DNA of 64,000 bases, from IMG/VR virus record IMGVR_UViG_3300009430_000004, positions 124,001 to 188,000 of that record. One strand, written 5' to 3'. Each line of letters starts with the position of its first letter. Positions within the stretch are counted from its first letter, which is position 1. A model generated the notes under the pieces. It saw only the letters and a program-made list of their open reading frames with translations, did not search any database and was not told the DNA's origin. The position numbers and the translations under genes were made by a program. Positions 30,688-40,285 of this stretch are shown here, piece after piece.

Positions 30688-33600
30688 TTAAGTTAATGTT
30701 GAAACCTCTACAATTCTATTTTGAGGTTGCACCAATCTATTAGTAAATTTAGCCCTGTTCTTAAATAAGTTATCAAGTTCTGTATCTGTCATACCCCTCT
30801 TACAAACAATCAAATCACGAAAGAATGAGTTACATGGAGTTGTCGGACTATTCTCACTATCCCATCCCCAACCCCCTAGGTTTAAATCGTAACCAAACTT
30901 AGTTACATAACCATTAGGAGCCATGGAATATCCCGAAATAACTCTTGTGTATACACCCTCTGTGTATGACCATTCTTTTATTGTCAAAGTTGAGCCTGAT
31001 TTAACAAGACTAATCATTCTTGGATTATTATAATATTTAGCTGGGTCTATATCTGTTGGTGAAGCTTCAGAAATCTTATTTACCTGATGAGTTTTCCCCC
31101 ACCAAATGTAGTTACCACCAACAGTGTTATCTCCACACCCCAAGGAATCTAAATTAAAACTACCAAACTTATCATCTGATGTACCAACAGGTATCTTGAA
31201 ATAAACTATCGACCAATCACCATTCCAATTTAAACCTAAGTCTCGATGAAGATTAAAGGCTAATAATGATCTTTCTCGGATTCCATCAACAAATGGTGTG
31301 ATAAAAGGTCGTTTTTCCCATTGTACTCCACTAACATAGATAAGCCCTTTATCAGGAGAATATCCCCATACTAATGCATCAGCCGCTATACCCCAGTCAC
31401 AACTGTCAAAGAACTTTGTTGTTAGAGATATCCTATGCCAAATATCATCCTCTATCAAATGAGCATTGTACTTATCACTTGAAGAAACCCATGTAGCCCA
31501 GTCGGTTTTTAAAATAGCAAATGAATAAGGATTAATTCCTGCTTTATTTATTACTTTAACATATGCTGATGAAGTGATATAATCACCTATATTACCACTG
31601 AAAGCACCATTATAGACACCTTCCCATCCATGCCACTGTTCACTATCACCAGTCTTTTCAAATTCCCATGTTGTTGGACCTATATACGGTCTTATTGTAT
31701 TCTTTCGTATAATCCCTCTAACTGTCCAGGGGTCGGTATGTCCACCAACAGTAGCCCATAGGTTCTCTGTTCTTCCACCAACCCATGCATACCCATCTTC
31801 AAATACTACATTTTCCTCTATTGCTGCTTTAAATTGTCCAGTTGTATCCTTAGTATTAATACTAAGAGGGAAATATACAGCGTCAGAAGGTATATATGGA
31901 GGTAGTTCTTTTACCTTCGTTCTTAATTCACCAGTGCTAGTTATAGGCATCATGCTACCAGTTAGACTTTGGATTTCACTCAGAGTTAAACATCTGTTAT
32001 ACACATGCATATCCCTAACACTACAATTAGATTTTTCATTGAAGTAAATTTTATTAGCTGAGAATTCTATTGGAATTTCAGCGGTCATATATAATACTTG
32101 TGGTGCTGAAGTTAATGGTGTTCCATCAACTAAACCGAATGCTCCTGCCAATCCACCATCTATATACCACATTTCAACTAGATTCCATCCTTTAACTAAT
32201 GGTATATCTACAACGGGGTTTGACGGCACATTCCAACCACCAACCCAAACTACTGGTCCATTATTAATTCTCATAGCACCCCAGTCATCAGCAATATATT
32301 TATGCTGAACTGTTACTGCTTCTGAGCAATACACAAATGTTCTCCATACAATCCCAGCATTATACTGAGATATATTCATATTAAAATCAGGGGTATCATC
32401 ATCTAAATCCTTAAATGATGGGTCAGTGTATTCACTTATTTCATACCCTCCCCTGCCGATACCAACCCCTTTTACTGTATATCGAGTCCATTTATTTTTA
32501 TACTCAGTTGTTTCTAGACCATTCTTATAAATTTTAAACTCATTGCCTGTCTTTGTTAGAATAAGTTTATTGAACTTATTGTCAAGGATATGCTTCTTCT
32601 CTGACACTAAGGTGAAATCACCATAGAAATCAAATCTTGATGTTATTTCTAGCTTAGCATCTCCTCGTTCACCATTTATTCTAGCTGTCGGACAATTTCT
32701 TTTCTCAAGTTGTATATCAGCGAAATCAACGGTTGTATGTGAAAGCTGACTATTCATGAATACCCCACTGAATCGTCTATGAGGACCTTCAACGAACGTA
32801 TATGGGGCATATGCCTGTTTCCACCCATCTTCTAGATCCTCAGTATAAATTGGGAGGGTACAACGCCAAGCCCCATTATCAAGGAACCACCACCCTATAG
32901 AAAATGGTATACCATTCCCCTTGATAACTTTAAATTTGAATGACCAAACCCATGTTTCACCAGTATTATATGTGATTTCTGGTCCTTCATATGATATGGG
33001 CCAATCTCCTCCATTACCGTCTTTTCTAATACACCTAATTCCATTTCCATAAGGTGTTTTGATGTATTCATGAAAAGTCTGACCATCTCCAGTACCAACA
33101 ACCCAATTTTTATATCCATTAGAAAAATTCCCATTTTCAATGTAATTCTTACTAGCCTCATGAATGGAAATAAAATCCTGTCCCAATGGGAATACACAGT
33201 TTGTAGCTTTTACATTAGGGTTATCTAGCATTATATAATTGATATCCCTAAATTCGATTTTATAACTCTCCCAACGACCAAAATCCTCTATTTGAAACCA
33301 CGCTCTCAAGGAATGTACAAAGTCACTAGGTAATGTAAATTTAATAGCGAAATCCACCCACTGACCATTAATATCTCCAGTTCTCCAAGTTTTAGCGATT
33401 ACCCATCTATGAGGATTGGGTTCTACACTCATATAGTGGAATCCTATACTGGTCAAGGATTCATCATCTGGTGTTTTCCAGCATTTTATTTTTCCAGTTA
33501 TCAGAAATGTTGAACCATCATAATCATAGTAATCTGTGAATGTTGGTCCATGTACATCTCTTGTACTTGTAATAACTTTATCTATATAATATTCTGTAAG

Positions 33601-33723
33601 TCTATCGTGACAATTCCCATCAAACGGGAAATGGTGTATTAAACCATTTGTTACAAGGGGAAGTCGTTCTTCGACTTCCCCAGCAATTAATAAATCTCCA
33701 TCCTTAAAACGCCCTGCAATCAT
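30688..33723 (-). CDS. Multi-lectin receptor-binding protein, paralog of 24708..27986
   Basis: Shares N-terminal DLLIAGEVxERLP and C-terminal LHRDLGLxWNGDWSIVY; internal CBM4/9-like (NYIENGNF) and PA14-like (ADDWG...LVKGWN) modules. Confidence 0.7.
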   Translation of the reverse strand: MIAGRFKDGDLLIAGEVEERLPLVTNGLIHHFPFDGNCHDRLTEYYIDKVITSTRDVHGPTFTDYYDYDGSTFLITGKIKCWKTPDDESLTSIGFHYMSVEPNPHRWVIAKTWRTGDINGQWVDFAIKFTLPSDFVHSLRAWFQIEDFGRWESYKIEFRDINYIMLDNPNVKATNCVFPLGQDFISIHEASKNYIENGNFSNGYKNWVVGTGDGQTFHEYIKTPYGNGIRCIRKDGNGGDWPISYEGPEITYNTGETWVWSFKFKVIKGNGIPFSIGWWFLDNGAWRCTLPIYTEDLEDGWKQAYAPYTFVEGPHRRFSGVFMNSQLSHTTVDFADIQLEKRNCPTARINGERGDAKLEITSRFDFYGDFTLVSEKKHILDNKFNKLILTKTGNEFKIYKNGLETTEYKNKWTRYTVKGVGIGRGGYEISEYTDPSFKDLDDDTPDFNMNISQYNAGIVWRTFVYCSEAVTVQHKYIADDWGAMRINNGPVVWVGGWNVPSNPVVDIPLVKGWNLVEMWYIDGGLAGAFGLVDGTPLTSAPQVLYMTAEIPIEFSANKIYFNEKSNCSVRDMHVYNRCLTLSEIQSLTGSMMPITSTGELRTKVKELPPYIPSDAVYFPLSINTKDTTGQFKAAIEENVVFEDGYAWVGGRTENLWATVGGHTDPWTVRGIIRKNTIRPYIGPTTWEFEKTGDSEQWHGWEGVYNGAFSGNIGDYITSSAYVKVINKAGINPYSFAILKTDWATWVSSSDKYNAHLIEDDIWHRISLTTKFFDSCDWGIAADALVWGYSPDKGLIYVSGVQWEKRPFITPFVDGIRERSLLAFNLHRDLGLNWNGDWSIVYFKIPVGTSDDKFGSFNLDSLGCGDNTVGGNYIWWGKTHQVNKISEASPTDIDPAKYYNNPRMISLVKSGSTLTIKEWSYTEGVYTRVISGYSMAPNGYVTKFGYDLNLGGWGWDSENSPTTPCNSFFRDLIVCKRGMTDTELDNLFKNRAKFTNRLVQPQNRIVEVSTLT

Positions 33724-33735
33724 ATATATCCCTCC

Positions 33736-36700
33736 TTAAATGAATACAATGTCTAATGCATTTTCTGAGGAATTGTGTCTTAGCTCTATTTTGTTATTAA
33801 TAGCTATAACACCTGCACTTAATCTATTATTGGTTACATTATCAGCATCACTTCTTAGGAATTGACTAGCATGTAAACCATCTACTGTATCTGAGTTACC
33901 GCCATTAGCTGGTAATGTAGTCGGAATATCTTCCATTCTAGCAACCCTTTTCCAAGCTTCCCAAGTACCAGATTCTTTATTTCTAAACCACATATTACCA
34001 GACCTCCACGATATTGCAATCTGTGTTGCCCATTGATGTTGAGGTCCACTAAATTGATTATGGATTACAGATTTATCTGATTCACCATCTTCTGTTGGCA
34101 CATTTACATCACAATGATAGAACCCACTATGATCTAATGTATTGGCATCTCGAGATGTTATATGAGATAATGCTAAGTTAGAAACATGATAACCATCAAT
34201 GGTATCTGCATTACCTCCATTAGCTGGTAATGTAGTAGGAAGATCCTGCATTGTAGCCATCCTAGTCCATGGTTGCCAATCATCATCCCATCCACCTCTG
34301 AAGTAAATATCCTTGTTTTGATGAGACATATACATCTGATTTACGGCATTTCCAGCACTTTTAAGACCCTTGAATACAACAAGAGTACCATATTGATATG
34401 CATTAGCTGGAGGTGTATTTACACAACCAGTAAATTCAGAAATCGTATACATGCCAGGCTTTCTTAATGTATTAAAATCGCCTTTAAATATAGTGCCATC
34501 ACCAACAGCTCTCATGAAATCTTCAGACTCAATTCCGTCAAACTTATCAGCATCAAGCCCTGAACCAGCACCGTCATTACCTGAGTTCCAATTAGTTACC
34601 CATGGACACCATGTACCGTGAGTCTTTTCTCTTATATACATTGTATTACCATTGTTAGTCGTTGAAAATGCTAATTGTGTAACATAATCTTTATCGGCTG
34701 AACATATTACCAAAATCTTATGCCAGTCGAGTCCTGCAACACCATATGCAGGATTTGGTACATCATACCATCCATTATCTAACAACGTATTTAAATCATA
34801 ACCTGCTGGTAATCTTTTTGCACCATTACCTAAGCCATATCCAGAAGGTGCGAAGTAGTCACGAATGTTTTTACCACTCATTATTATATCTTTAAGAGTC
34901 ATTGTACCAACAGGTGACATTCGGGCCCCTTCATGCCAACCGTTTCCATCGTCCCATCCCCATGTAAAGTAATCTTGGTTTTCAATTCCATCATCACTTA
35001 TACCAAATCTCATTTCTGAGAAATTGTTATTCTCAATGTGCTTAATATATCCAGGGTCATTTGCTTGTGATGGGAAGTAAATTATTGAGTCTGTTCCTTG
35101 TTTACTAACAATCAAGGTTTTACTAACTGTCATATTACCAGCAGTTGTAGTATCGGTATCTGACCTCATAAACTGAGATGCGTGAATTCCATCCACTGTA
35201 TCTGCGTCAATATTTGAGTTGTGACCAGTATTAAGGTCAGTTAAATCAAAAATCGTTGAAGCCGCTATATGCCAAACTAGATGTGCTCCTGCTGTTGGTG
35301 CAGGTCCCCCGTCAACTGCTAGGAAACCACCATCATTAAATATACCAGTTTCACCGCAAATATGGACCCTAATATACGTCTCCCACTTACCAGTACCAAC
35401 ATTAGTTGATAACCAATAGTGTAATGTATTATCACCACTATCGTTAGAATAATAATTCAGATGATAACCCACTGGAAGTTTTGCTTTAAAAACCATTATG
35501 AATACGCCATTAATTCTACTATAGAAACGCTGAACCACACCTCCATAATGAGGGGATGTTGGGTTACCATTATGTCTAATTTCTAATACTTTTTTGGTCT
35601 TATTTGGAGCAGTATTCATATCAATTCTATTTATTGCAACACCATCACTACCTGCTGAGTTATTATAAATAAAATATCCATTTAAACCACTAGCAAATTC
35701 TTCATCTAATAATAGTTTTTTACCTTGTCTAACAGCATATGCTATAGGATTGATTGCACCCATGCCGTTATTACCAAGTATAACTTGCAGAAGTTTATAT
35801 CCCTCTGAGTTAAAACTATTAGCATCAAGAGGTCCTTCAACTGTTAAATAGTTATTGATGGTGTCACCATTTTTATTAACAGCATCAGTTATTCCAATAT
35901 CAGCTATTGTGGATGGATTGTCAGCGGAAGTCACTCTACCTTTACCATCAACAGTCACTCTCTTATATGTGCCAGGATTAACACCAGTATTTTCTAATGT
36001 TAACTCAAGATAAGCTTCACTTTCACCGAGAGTTGCAGTTCCAGTAGCATCACCATAGATACTTAATCCATGGGTATGTGTTTTCATTGATCTAAGATTT
36101 AATTCATTGGCAAGCCCATCAATTGTAGAAATTGAGGGTCTTCCGTAGTTTATATAATCTCCTGGACGAAGAGTATGTCCAGTACATAATTTAAGAGTTC
36201 CTTCTTCAGCATTTCTAACTGCTATCAATAGATGATTGGAGTCTAAACCTCCAACAACCATGGTTGAATAGTCAGCTACAAAAAGGGTTACATCAGAAGC
36301 ATTACCACCAGGAGTATGCTTAGCATATAATGCTATCCAACCACCCGCAGGTCCACTCATTAAAATACCACCATCATCTACAGTTACAGGTGGACACCCA
36401 GCTAATCCTGCAATAACAGTACCAACTGGAGGCATAAAAATATCTATATATGCCGATACATTATTTTCTTTATCCATCGGTATAACTATAAATCTATTTG
36501 TCCATTTTACTTTTGAGTTGTTCCATGATATAACACCCCCACCAGTTATGGCAAAGTGTGCTTGCATGTAGTCAACAATCTTTTGGTCTCTGGCATCAAC
36601 TTCATCTTTTCTATAAGCATCGGCTATACCATAACCTGCTATAGTAGTAGGACTAGAAGCACCAGTGATACGACCTTGAGCATTGACTGTGAACATAGTA

Positions 36701-37521
36701 TAGGTTCCAGGGGTAACCCCTGTGTCGGTAAGATATAATGTATTACCGTTTTTAGATAATCCTGTGCCAGGAATAATCTGACCAGCACCACTAAATTGAA
36801 CGAAATTAAGGTTTGTTACACCAACTTGAATTCCATCATCAGTAGTTAATACCCAACCAGAATCTTTATTCCAAGTACCATCTTCAACAAATACGAACAT
36901 ACCTTTCTTTATAGTAGCCGTACTGTTACAATCAGTTGCTCTTTCCCAAGCACCTGCATGAGCAATCCATATACCATTTTGATTAGGTGTTGCTTGGTCT
37001 TTTACAAGAACTCTATCATTTTCATTAAGTTGTATATCATCAATTACATGAAGTCCAGCTAACGATATATCTCCTCTTGTTGCAATTCTAACAGAGTCTT
37101 TAACATCCAAACCAAGTATTACATTATCAACATAGTTCTTTGTTGCGGGATGCATAGGCTGAGTAGGGTCAGCGTGAAGTATTAAGTATCCACGCATAGA
37201 GTCCCCGTCTTTATTAACAGGGTCATAGCCTCTTACTGTATCTGCGTCCAAACCGCTATTTAATCCATCAACTGTTTTCAATAATGCCAATATATTTGCG
37301 GCATTGAAATCAACTGCTGGAAGCTTTGTTGCCAAAGCGGCAGCTACTGTTTGAGCAAATGTTGGGTCGTTGTTAATTGAGGCGTATAAGTCCTTTAATG
37401 ATATAACATTATCGAACCATTGATATCCTTTTATATCTGCTATTGTGCTAGTAACCAATCCTAACCATTCTATTATACTGACTGGTCTTTGGGGATGCAT
37501 TACTAAATTTTTATCAGCCAT
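33736..37521 (-). CDS. Long tail fibre protein (pair 1)
   Basis: DVKDSVRIAT...DRVLVKDQ..NGIW, two TGVxPGTY...GR repeats, five DAD/NAD/NSD linkers, knob repeats, C-terminal HNSSENALDI; late promoter at 37550-37562. Confidence 0.9.
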   Translation of the reverse strand: MADKNLVMHPQRPVSIIEWLGLVTSTIADIKGYQWFDNVISLKDLYASINNDPTFAQTVAAALATKLPAVDFNAANILALLKTVDGLNSGLDADTVRGYDPVNKDGDSMRGYLILHADPTQPMHPATKNYVDNVILGLDVKDSVRIATRGDISLAGLHVIDDIQLNENDRVLVKDQATPNQNGIWIAHAGAWERATDCNSTATIKKGMFVFVEDGTWNKDSGWVLTTDDGIQVGVTNLNFVQFSGAGQIIPGTGLSKNGNTLYLTDTGVTPGTYTMFTVNAQGRITGASSPTTIAGYGIADAYRKDEVDARDQKIVDYMQAHFAITGGGVISWNNSKVKWTNRFIVIPMDKENNVSAYIDIFMPPVGTVIAGLAGCPPVTVDDGGILMSGPAGGWIALYAKHTPGGNASDVTLFVADYSTMVVGGLDSNHLLIAVRNAEEGTLKLCTGHTLRPGDYINYGRPSISTIDGLANELNLRSMKTHTHGLSIYGDATGTATLGESEAYLELTLENTGVNPGTYKRVTVDGKGRVTSADNPSTIADIGITDAVNKNGDTINNYLTVEGPLDANSFNSEGYKLLQVILGNNGMGAINPIAYAVRQGKKLLLDEEFASGLNGYFIYNNSAGSDGVAINRIDMNTAPNKTKKVLEIRHNGNPTSPHYGGVVQRFYSRINGVFIMVFKAKLPVGYHLNYYSNDSGDNTLHYWLSTNVGTGKWETYIRVHICGETGIFNDGGFLAVDGGPAPTAGAHLVWHIAASTIFDLTDLNTGHNSNIDADTVDGIHASQFMRSDTDTTTAGNMTVSKTLIVSKQGTDSIIYFPSQANDPGYIKHIENNNFSEMRFGISDDGIENQDYFTWGWDDGNGWHEGARMSPVGTMTLKDIIMSGKNIRDYFAPSGYGLGNGAKRLPAGYDLNTLLDNGWYDVPNPAYGVAGLDWHKILVICSADKDYVTQLAFSTTNNGNTMYIREKTHGTWCPWVTNWNSGNDGAGSGLDADKFDGIESEDFMRAVGDGTIFKGDFNTLRKPGMYTISEFTGCVNTPPANAYQYGTLVVFKGLKSAGNAVNQMYMSHQNKDIYFRGGWDDDWQPWTRMATMQDLPTTLPANGGNADTIDGYHVSNLALSHITSRDANTLDHSGFYHCDVNVPTEDGESDKSVIHNQFSGPQHQWATQIAISWRSGNMWFRNKESGTWEAWKRVARMEDIPTTLPANGGNSDTVDGLHASQFLRSDADNVTNNRLSAGVIAINNKIELRHNSSENALDIVFI

Positions 37522-37600
37522 AAAAAATCACTCCTTTCTAGCTATTTCTTTATTAAATTGTTTTTAATAACCAAAATTATTCCGAGTTAAAGGGCAAATG

Positions 37601-37641
37601 TGGGATGTAAGCAAGCTTAAAAGCAATTGCTTACATCCCAT
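37601..37641 (-). terminator. Terminator hairpin
   Basis: TGGGATGTAAGCAA...TTGCTTACATCCCA. Confidence 0.65.
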
Positions 37642-37651
37642 ATTTAGCATT

Positions 37652-38440
37652 TTATAACTTTCGTATATAAGTTGCACTCACAAATCCTATACCTGACGAA
37701 ATAACTGTTGTAGGCACAGGAATTGACCACCAACCATTTTGGAGGTTCATTAATTTAACTCTAGTATTCATTTCTAATTCACAGATAACAGGGTAATTTG
37801 TGCCCCTACCTGATCTCACATTAAGCATTTTAGCAGTTGTTACTCCATATACTTCATTTGATGGAACTGCTGCTTCAGGTAATATAGCAATTCCTAAGTG
37901 GTCAAGGATACCATAAGCAATCGCAATACCCATCTTCTGTTGTTCTGGGATAGTATCCACTATCTGTTTGTCAACATCATTGTCGATGAAGGCTCCTTCA
38001 ACGATAATTGCAGTCATATCAGTTTGTCTGATTACACCGTAGTAATCTGTTTTCCCATTTGTGCTTTTTTTTGAGAATGTTGGGTTAGGTCTAAAGTTTT
38101 GACCTGTTACAGTATGAACTCTTTCAACAACTTTTTTAGCTAAATCAGTGCCTTTTCCGTAGAAAATGCTATGGATAGCCTCAGCTCCGTCTCCACCACC
38201 AGCATTGTAATGGATTGAAACAAAATAGTCAGCTCCCCATTTATTAGCCATGTCGCATCTTTCTGTAAGTCCAACATACCTATCATCGCTTCGTGTTAAT
38301 CCCACTGTTAACCCATGCCGAACAAGTACCTCTTTACATTTTAGTGTTGTAACAAGATTCATGTTCTTTTCAACAAGACCATTTGCTACAGCACCAGGTT
38401 CATTTCCACCATGTCCAGCGTCTAACCATACCTTTGGCAT
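37652..38440 (-). CDS. N-acetylmuramoyl-L-alanine amidase (Amidase_3) with C-terminal SH3b domain
   Basis: LDAGHGG, EK, FVSIHYNA, IIVEGAFID; LNVRSGRGTNY...GWW...GFVSATYI. Confidence 0.92.
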   Translation of the reverse strand: MPKVWLDAGHGGNEPGAVANGLVEKNMNLVTTLKCKEVLVRHGLTVGLTRSDDRYVGLTERCDMANKWGADYFVSIHYNAGGGDGAEAIHSIFYGKGTDLAKKVVERVHTVTGQNFRPNPTFSKKSTNGKTDYYGVIRQTDMTAIIVEGAFIDNDVDKQIVDTIPEQQKMGIAIAYGILDHLGIAILPEAAVPSNEVYGVTTAKMLNVRSGRGTNYPVICELEMNTRVKLMNLQNGWWSIPVPTTVISSGIGFVSATYIRKL

Positions 38441-38537
38441 ATTATCAGCCCCTTTCTTTTTATTAATTTAATGTTTGTGATATGAAAAAAATACATAAAA
38501 AATAAGGAATCGTGATATAAAACACGATTCCTCACCT

Positions 38538-39692
38538 TTAACCTTCTACCAATACTCTGTAGGTATTTGGTCCTACAACGCTATCATCAGCAATGTGATG
38601 ATTCCATTGATATTCTTTAATTTTTCCTGCTGTAAGCGGTCCGAAACATCCATCTGGATCTGCCCCAACAGCAGTTTGAACCCATCTAACAGCCTCTCCC
38701 CTACTACCAATTCTAAGAACTGGCATCTTAGCATAGGTACTCTTTGTTAAAGCACCAACACTACCATCAACATCAAGAAGATTTCCATTCTTGTCTGTTA
38801 TTCCAAGAGCTCTTGTTAACTCTTGGTATGCTCTAACTTTACTAGAGCCACCAGGAACAGGTTTATTTAGTTCTGCAATAGCTTCATTAAGCTTTCCTAA
38901 TGTCTTAGGACCTGCAACACCATCATCTTCTCCTGCACCAAGATACTTTAATTGGAATGCTTTAACAGCAGCTTCTGTTCTTGGACCAAAATCTCCATCA
39001 GCAGATAGTTGATATCCAAGTTTAACGAGCTTTAATTGCATTTCCATAACTGTTGTACTCTTATCTCCTCTTCTGAGGCAAGTTATTCCAGGGTTTGCTT
39101 TTGGCTTCTGTACAGGAATTACTGGTGCACCATTTTGAGTAGGCATTCCAGCGGCATCCAATATGCCATGAGCTATAGCAATCCCAAATCTTTGTTGTTC
39201 TTCAACAGTATCCACTATTTTACTATCGGCACTATCAACAAATGCTCCTTCAACAATTACAGGAGGTGCATTGTTACCTCTAATAACGCCATAATAGTCA
39301 GTTCCTCTTGAATTTAATCTTGTGTAGGTTGGCTTTGGTCTAGTATTTTGTCCTAATTCGGACACGATTCTGTTAACGATACGTGATGCTAAAATATCAT
39401 CTGTCATTCCGTGGAAGATACTATGGATGGCTTCCACCCCATCCCCACCACCAGCATTGTAGTGAATGGACACAAAGAAATCAGGTCCCCAAGCATTTGA
39501 CAAAGCACATCTTTCATCAAGATCGAGATAAATGTCAGTTGTTCGGGACATTCCAACAATAACACCATGTCTCTCAAGTTCTACCTTACAAGCAATTGCT
39601 GTTGTGAGATTCATGTGTTTTTCAATTAAGTTACCAGAAACGGCACCAGGATCAGAGCCACCATGACCAGGGTCTAACCATACTTTTAGCAT
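38538..39692 (-). CDS. N-acetylmuramoyl-L-alanine amidase (Amidase_3) with peptidoglycan-binding repeats
   Basis: LDPGHGG, FVSIHYNA, VIVEGAFVD; DGDFGPRTEAAVKAFQ, DGSVGALT, DGCFGPLT repeats. Confidence 0.92.
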   Translation of the reverse strand: MLKVWLDPGHGGSDPGAVSGNLIEKHMNLTTAIACKVELERHGVIVGMSRTTDIYLDLDERCALSNAWGPDFFVSIHYNAGGGDGVEAIHSIFHGMTDDILASRIVNRIVSELGQNTRPKPTYTRLNSRGTDYYGVIRGNNAPPVIVEGAFVDSADSKIVDTVEEQQRFGIAIAHGILDAAGMPTQNGAPVIPVQKPKANPGITCLRRGDKSTTVMEMQLKLVKLGYQLSADGDFGPRTEAAVKAFQLKYLGAGEDDGVAGPKTLGKLNEAIAELNKPVPGGSSKVRAYQELTRALGITDKNGNLLDVDGSVGALTKSTYAKMPVLRIGSRGEAVRWVQTAVGADPDGCFGPLTAGKIKEYQWNHHIADDSVVGPNTYRVLVEG

Positions 39693-39783
39693 GGGTTGTC
39701 ACTCCTTCTTTGTTATAGATTCTTAATAGAATGTTAAAAAAATAAAAGTTAAATGGTGATTAACACCATTTAACCTTATTTTC

Positions 39784-40272
39784 TTATTTGTGGACTTCAA
39801 ATAAAATCAACTCACCAGTATTTAACCCAAACTTTAATGTTATTGTTAATCTATCAGAGTTTAAAGTCCAATCTCTAGTCCTAAAGAGCCTACCCCTAAC
39901 ACTGTGATATATAACTAATGAATCCTTATCAACATCATACAATGGTTGATTAATAGGACATACAGTAGTTCCATCACCAGGAGATTTGAATTCTGACTCT
40001 AATATGACAGAATTTCTTTCTAATCTGAAAGTATAAATATCCCAATCATCAGGGTTGAAAACACCAGTAACTGATTCTTTTTTACATACGTGAAGTTTAT
40101 ACTTACCATCAGCAGCGTCATTTCTATATATGACATCATTACGATAGTATATTTCGTTTTCCTTAAAATCACGCACTTTGTCGATATTGTATAACACAAC
40201 ATCAGAAATTAACCTGATAATATTGTTAGAATCAATATTCCTCAGATTATCTTTCATAATTTCAATACTCAT
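39784..40272 (-). CDS. Putative virion protein
   Basis: 162 aa; YYRNDVIY...VCKKESVTGVFNPDDW module. Confidence 0.5.
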   Translation of the reverse strand: MSIEIMKDNLRNIDSNNIIRLISDVVLYNIDKVRDFKENEIYYRNDVIYRNDAADGKYKLHVCKKESVTGVFNPDDWDIYTFRLERNSVILESEFKSPGDGTTVCPINQPLYDVDKDSLVIYHSVRGRLFRTRDWTLNSDRLTITLKFGLNTGELILFEVHK

Positions 40273-40285
40273 GTTCTATCCCTCC

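Noticed and set aside
24708-33723. Diversity-generating retroelement (TR/VR pair) in the RBP C-termini
   Set aside because: The similar segments (about 25221-25272 and 31204-31255) both lie in coding paralogs and differ at many non-adenine, largely synonymous sites; no reverse transcriptase is in the window.
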